A stretch of 64,000 nucleotides of DNA from Eledone cirrhosa. Its lineage: Eukaryota. Each line of letters starts with the position of its first letter. The stretch's first letter is position 1. The notes under the pieces are model-generated. The model ran no database searches. It was given only the letters and a program-made list of their open reading frames with translations, and had not been told where the DNA came from. Location of the stretch: assembly GCA_964016885.1 (NCBI GenBank), contig OZ024740.1, forward strand, positions 97,154,001-97,218,000, given 5' to 3'. The position numbers and the translations under genes were made by a program. Shown piece by piece: positions 56,661 to 64,000 of the stretch.

Positions 56661-56924
56661 ATGCAAAGAAATGACTTTGACTGCAGTGATTCTCTCCAAT
56701 TACTTACAAAGCAAAACGTGGTCAAATACCTTATCATCTCTGATAAAATGCCCATTGAATCACTGAAAATCGGATGCATGGAATTCCTCATAAAATGCAC
56801 CTATGAATCGGAAGCCATCACATATATCAATGGATATAGGGAGTTGTTCACACTGGAAGACCATCACTTCATTTGTGACTTCATCAGTTATCTCCACGAT
56901 TATCTCAGATACCCAATGCATTGA
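56661..56924 (+). CDS. Putative 87-aa ORF with BACK/BTB C-terminal-like motif
   Basis: LTKQNVVKYLIISDKMPIESLKIGCMEFL resembles the SPOP-type pattern LTxENVxxxLxxADxxxxxxLKxxCxxFI; by-eye only. Confidence 0.35.
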   Translation: MQRNDFDCSDSLQLLTKQNVVKYLIISDKMPIESLKIGCMEFLIKCTYESEAITYINGYRELFTLEDHHFICDFISYLHDYLRYPMH

Positions 56925-58972
56925 TGAGAGGTGATCCAATGTGTGAGCATGTAACTAATCTTATAGAAGTTGTTATCGACCACCTGGCTTTTAGTGACAT
57001 TTGACTGATTTAACTGATAATGATGTATTTTTAAAAAGTATGTGTACATTCTTGTTACTATTTTAAGGCAATGCAAGCAACAACTATTTAATAAAATTTA
57101 AATTTAAAAATGACCATTGTGCATTACTAGTATAATGACATTTTATTAAGTCACAAAATTAGTCAGTCAGCCATAGAACAGGGATCAGGTGGCAAAAACA
57201 TTGGCAAAAATTTGTGTCAATTTAAGATTTCCAACATTGTTCAAATGAATAATATCTGGTTTGAAGTCAGATTTGTCAAATTTTGACCAATTTTCAATGT
57301 TGTGAAGATTGGGGAAGTTCAATTTTTGAATCATTTCTTTCATGCAGTAATTAAACTTTTCCAAACGAGAATTTCTCTTGCCAAAGCCATTTTTATTTTC
57401 AATTAAACTTTGTGGACGTGGAATGACACCACTGTAGAAAATGGGTGTACAGTGGTGTTTTTCCGCTAATTTCTGTAGCCTTGCAAAGAGACTCTTCCCC
57501 TGTTTTTTCGGGTTTTGTGCCTCGAATGGGCACTTTGTCCTTAATTTACAAATAAATGATTAATAAAAAATACTTGGGCAAAAATTATTGTATTACTTTG
57601 CACAGCTTTGTAGTGCCAACGGTGCGACGAGGATTCAGATCATTAGAGCCGACATGAACCACCAATACTTTCACAAAAGGACAACAGATAACAATGTTGG
57701 CGATTAACATTACCTGGCCCTGACGGGCCCCAGGTATACAAAATATCTAAGTATTTTTGTTGGTATGATAAGTAAATACATTTGAATTAATATTTTTATA
57801 CCTTCTGGTCATTCGATTTCGCCAAATTTCTAATTATGGATTTTTAAAAAACTGCATGAATGTGAATTTGATCAGTCCAATTGCCCGATTTTAGTGAAAA
57901 GTTTTGATTCGAAATGGAAATACTCCATTTCCGTGCCATGGAAAAAATGAATAAGCCGATCAAAAAGCCGCGAAACATCATTTTTAATTAAGCGAAATTA
58001 GTGGATGCAAATCTCAGAAAATATTGTACACTATTCGCACCTATCGCACTATTCGCACCTATCGGTACAAAAATATAGCTGACTATTCGCACCTATCGGT
58101 ACAAAAAATCGCACCACTGTTAATAATACTAGAAGTGCAAACTATCTGTTGAATACCTGGTATATGAAGAGCAACCGATACGATCGGTCGGCGATCGGTT
58201 TTGAAGAAGAATGAAGAATGAAGTGAAATTTTGGTCTGGTTGTTGCCATCGGTGTTTCGCAGAGATGCCGGCACGAACAAAGGTGTCAGTGACACAAAGT
58301 TGTCCGCTTGAACAAAGGTGTCGGTCCAACAAAGGTGTCAGTCAGAGAGACAGTCAGACAGTGTTACAGTCGGTGCGACAAAGCGATCGAGGCGATTAAA
58401 ACAAATTTAACTCACATGTTTACCTATATTTTCGCAAACTATTGATAGATTGGTACAAAAAATAGCTTTGATAATAAACATACATTTTTAACGAAGTATT
58501 TAAAAAGCATTTTAGCAGAGAAAAGTGAAGTAATGTTTCACACTGACGCAAGTAGGGTCGTTCAGAAATGACGTAGTCAATTAGGAGGAGGGGGTTCGGC
58601 GATTTGACTACATTTGACTAACATAATCACAATCACAAGAGTTCCGCTGAAAAAAATTCGACATTTCTGGATTACCTCCCCTAGCGTCACGCTTACTACT
58701 CACTCACTTGAACACAAGATTTATCAGCAAACTTTGATTATAAACTTTTTCCCGCTGGACCAAATTTATCGATTTTTAAGCCAAAAGAAGGGTATATGAT
58801 CTACTGTTCATCCTCATATAAGTTTTATCTCAGTTAAATAAAGTACAGCCGCGCTGTACTGTCGTAAACAGACCATTGCCAACGAAAACACGACCACAAC
58901 AATATTACTAAACGGACTACCGTCCGTTTAGGATATATATATATATATAATATATATATATATATATAATAT

Positions 58973-59021
<49 letters not shown>

Positions 59022-59112
59022 TATAATATATATATATAATATATATATATATATAATATATATATAAATATTATATATATATATATATATAATAAATATA
59101 TATACTATTTAT

Positions 59113-59446
59113 AATATTAAATAAATGGAAAACTATATTTATAAAACCATATTTATTTCATTATATATATTTCGGGGATATCATATTAACAATATGCTAT
59201 GCCTTCATCAGACAAAATACAATATAAACAGTTTTATAGATAAATATATTCGACATACCGTAATAAACATCAACTTCATTTGAAGTTGATGTTTATTACG
59301 GTATGTCGAATATATTTATCTATAAAACTGTTTATATTGTATTTTGTCTGATGAAGGCATAGCATATTGTTAATATGATATCCCCGAAATATATATAATG
59401 AAATAAATATGGTTTTATAAATATAGTTTTCCATTTATTTAATATT
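59113..59446. repeat. 166-bp-arm palindrome (2-nt loop) with two divergent HHRs
   Basis: Centre caacttca-tt-tgaagttg at 59271-59288; right arm continues into the pLTR tail to ~59540. Confidence 0.92.
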
Positions 59447-59546
59447 GTAAATATACTCCAAATATTTGTCGAGTGCTTTTATATCAGTTATAAATATTTA
59501 CTAGTTGTAACCCAACAATTTTAAATATAACTTTACATATACTATT

Positions 59547-59591
<45 letters not shown>

Positions 59592-59608
59592 ATATATATA
59601 TATATATA

Positions 59609-59764
<156 letters not shown>

Positions 59765-59786
59765 ATATATATATATATATATAATA

Positions 59787-60372
59787 TAGTAATAATAATA
59801 AATTTGAAGACTAAAATCCAAAGAGGGCTCGATAAGGATAAATATATATCAAATATATAAGAACCGTAGAGCAAATATTTATTAAAATAACAGGTTAAAG
59901 TTTAAGTAAAGAATCGCTGCTTTCACCCTTAACGGGATCTTCTGAAACTAACAAAGTCAATCTGTAAACGCAGACTGGATATTTCAAAAAACGTATTCTT
60001 TGTAGAAATATTCAGATGTTGTTTCTGCATTATGAATATAAGTCAGTAGAGTACTCAACCGAGGGAGCCAAATAGTAATAATAATAAATTTGAAGACTAA
60101 AATCCTAAGAGTGCTCGATAAGGATAAATATATATCAAATATATAAGAACCGTAGAGCAAATATTTATTAAAATAACAGATTAAAGTTTAAGCAAAGAAT
60201 CGCTGCTTTCACCCTTAACGGGATCTTCTGAAACTAACAAAGTCAAGCTGTAAACGCAGAAGTGGATATTTCAAAAGACGTTGCAACCGGAGGAAGACAG
60301 GAAGACGATACTTTGGTTCGTGGAAACGTTCGCTGGCGAAGAACGGGAAAAAACGAATATAATACGTCATTA
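59787..60372 (-). mobile_element. Tandem partial pLTRs (286-bp period), CAGAAGA family
   Basis: tagtaataataataaatttgaagac at 59787 and 60073. Confidence 0.8.
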
Positions 60373-60609
60373 GTATATTATATATATATTTTATATATAT
60401 TATTTATATATATATATATTATATATATTATATGTTATATATATTATATATATATATTATATATATTGTATATATATATATTATATATATATATTATATA
60501 TATATTATATATATATATATATTATATATATATATATATATTATATATATATATGATATATATTATATATATTATATATATTATATATATATATATTATA
60601 TATATATAT

Positions 60610-60641
<32 letters not shown>

Positions 60642-60792
60642 TATATATATATATATTATATATATATTATATATATTATATATATATTATAAATATATAT
60701 ATATTATATATATATATATTATATATATTATATTTACATATATATTATATATATATATTATTAACTTGCTGCAGAGCTCTAACCAGACAGAG

Positions 60793-62843
60793 AGTGACCT
60801 GGTGGTGGAACAGCACAGTAGATAAGGCTATTAGAGACAAAAGACTAGCATGGAAGGCTTGGGAAAAGGGTGGGAGTAGGGAAGAATATACAGCCACTAA
60901 GAGAGAAGCCAGACGTCAGGTGTACTTAGCACGCAGGGAGGCAGAGAGTAGGAGGTTTGCCAATGTTCTGCGACGGGAAGATCATAGGCGTGCGGTGTTC
61001 CACATTGCAAGGCAGTGTGTCAATGCAAATCAGGATGTTGTTGGAGATAAATGCGTCCGGGATGATGCCGGAGTACTTAGTGTCACGAATGACCAGAAAA
61101 AGGAGGCCTGGAAATGTCATTATGAGAGACTGATGAATGTGGAGAACGAATGGGAGAGAGAGAAATTACCATTGGTAGATCCGACAGTGGGACCAGCTAT
61201 TGAGATTGACGAATATAGGGTCCAAGAGGCGATTAGGGAAATGAAAAATGGTAAGGCGGCCGGACCATCGGGAATAGTTGCTGAGATGCTGAAGGCATCA
61301 GGGAAAGTAGGCACTAAACTGGTTGCACGCATCATCAATCAGGCTATATATGGTGGTGTCATACCCAAAGACTGGTGCAGCAGTATTCTCATAAATTGCT
61401 ACAAAGGTAAAGGGGATGCTTTGGAGATAGGGATATAAAACTGATAGATTAGGTTATGAAAGTGGCAGAAGAGATTTTAGCACAACTAATTAGAGAAAGG
61501 GTCAAACTAGATGAGATGCAGTTTGGTTTTGTGCCTAGGAAGAGTACAACAGATGCCCTCTTCTTGGTGAGACAAATGCAAGAGAGGTTCTTAGAGAAGA
61601 ATAAGCCACTATACTTAGCCTTTGTTGACCTAGAGAAGGCCTTTGATAGGGTACCCCGATCTGTCATCTGGTGGTCCCTAAGGAAGCTAGGTGTTGAGGA
61701 ATGGCTTGTGAGGACAGTGCAAACTTTGTACAGAGGTACTCTCAGTAAAGTCAGGGTAGGAATGGAGTTTAGTGAGGAATTCCAGATACAAGTAGGAGTN
61801 NNNNNNNNNNNNNNNNNNNNNNNNNNNNNNNNNNNNNNNNNNNNNNNNNNNNNNNNNNNNNNNNNNNNNNNNNNNNNNNNNNNNNNNNNNNNNNNNNNNN
61901 NNNNNNNNNNNNNNNNNNNNNNNNNNNNNNNNNNNNNNNNNNNNNNNNNNNNNNNNNNNNNNNNNNNNNNNNNNNNNNNNNNNNNNNNNNNNNNNNNNNG
62001 GCCATGTTCGATATGCAGAAAAGGAACTGGCATAAATTCTATAAAATGCACACAATGCAGGTCCTGGGTACACAAGAGATGTAGCGGGATAGCAGGCAAA
62101 CTAACAGGTAGGGAGAAATATGTATGCAGTAGATGTACAGGGAAATTAGACAGTAGAAGTCACACTGATAGACACATTTTTCAAATGCGGGAGGGCGCTA
62201 TAGAAGTGGTGGATAGCTTCCGGTACCTAGGAGATCAGATTAGCATGGGAGGAGGGTGTTCCGAGGCCATAGTATCTAGAATAAGGACGGGTTGGAAGAA
62301 GTTTAGGGAGCTGCTTCCTCTGTTGACGAAGAAGGGTTTCTCCCTGCGTAAGAAAGGCCGGTTGTATGATGCCTGTGTGAGGAGCGCGATGCTGCATGGT
62401 AGTGAGACATGGGCAGCAACCGCAGAGGATATGCGACGGCTGGAGAGAAATGAGGCAAGCATGCTCCGTTGGATGTGCAGTGTAAATGTGCGTGAACGAC
62501 CCAGCATAAATGTGTTGAGAGAGAAACTGTGTCTGAGAGGGATAGAATGTAGTGTACGGGAGAGGAGACTGAGGTGGTATGGACATGTGATGCGCATGGA
62601 GGATGACCGATGGGTGAAGAAGTGCCAGGAAATGCCAGTTGAATGAAGACGTGGTTGAGGTAGACCACGAAAAACATGGGCGGAGGTGGTGAGAACAGAC
62701 CTCAGATCATTGAAGCTCACGGTGGAGATGACGAGGGACCGTGACGAGTGGAGAGATGCTGTGCTGAATAAGAACCGTCCCACCCTTGCAAGCAGGGAAA
62801 AGCGGACGTTAAATGATTATGATGATGGTGATGATGATGATGA
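60793..62843 (+). mobile_element. 5'-truncated RTE LINE with PHD finger in ORF2
   Basis: WWWN, GKAAGPSG, YKGKGDA, QFGF, FVDLEKAFDRV, FRYLG, LHGSETW, RRLRWYGHV, RPRKTW; (ATG)n tail; frameshift/deletion ~61435 and stops near the end. Confidence 0.92.
61800..61999. other. Assembly gap (200 N)
   Basis: Run of n covering the RT catalytic motif; the two sides may be different copies. Confidence 0.99.
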
Positions 62844-63046
62844 TTATATATATATATATTAGGTGTATATATATATATATGATGTATATATATATATATA
62901 TATATTACTATATATATATTATATATATATATTTATATATATATATTATATATATATTATATATATATTATATATATAATATATATAATAAATATATATA
63001 TATATTATATATATAATATATATATAATATATATATAATATAATTA

Positions 63047-63103
<57 letters not shown>

Positions 63104-63133
63104 ATATATATAATATATATATATTATATATAT

Positions 63134-63166
<33 letters not shown>

Positions 63167-63197
63167 ATATATATATAGTATATATATATATATAATA

Positions 63198-63239
<42 letters not shown>

Positions 63240-63358
63240 TATAATATATATATATATATAATATATTAATAATATATATATATTTATATATATAATATAT
63301 ATATAATATAAATATATATATATATATAATATATATAATATATATATATATATATATA

Positions 63359-63399
<41 letters not shown>

Positions 63400-63400
63400 T

Positions 63401-63469
<69 letters not shown>

Positions 63470-63564
63470 TATTATATATATATATTATATATATATATAA
63501 TATAAAAGCACCGATTCTTTGCTTAATTTTTTATCTGTTATTTTAATAAATATATATATATATA

Positions 63565-63609
<45 letters not shown>

Positions 63610-63921
63610 TATATATATATAATATATATATATATAATATATATGTAAATATAATATATATAATATAGATATATATATATAATATATATATATATATTAT
63701 ATATATTATATATATTATATATATATATATTATATATATATATATATTATATATATTATATATATATATTATATATATTATATATATATATATTATATAT
63801 ATATATTATATATATATTATATATATATATATTATATATATATATATATTATATAAATATATATATTATATATATATATATTATATATATAATATATATT
63901 ATATATATTATATATATTATA

Positions 63922-63990
<69 letters not shown>

Positions 63991-64000
63991 GATATGTATA

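Noticed and set aside
60262-60825. 187-aa ORF
   Set aside because: Chimera of antisense pLTR, (TA)n and LINE flank.

Overview
This is eukaryotic, AT-rich, gene-free repeat DNA; the SINE and LINE families resemble those of octopod cephalopods (inferred from recalled repeat families). Almost all listed ORFs are (TA)n/(CA)n translation artefacts. The real content is decayed mobile elements inserted in (TA)n microsatellites. Penelope-like retroelements (PLEs) contribute six fragments with readable RT and/or GIY-YIG coding sequence plus one C-terminal tip (mostly Hydra-type, two Neptune-like), and many non-coding pseudo-LTRs (pLTRs), often as inverted pairs. Also present: two RTE LINE families (one copy with a twin-priming-type inversion, one with a PHD finger inside ORF2), a CR1/L2 3' fragment, two tRNA-SINE families and two non-autonomous Helitrons. 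The main unannotated signal is about 30-35 hammerhead ribozyme (HHR) motifs from roughly 15 sequence families. These include recurring U3-A8 core variants, a family-wide U4A variant, a 318-319 bp tandem retrozyme-like array and a 455 bp terminally redundant HHR monomer suggestive of circular-RNA intermediates. All structures were read by eye; none were computed or tested.
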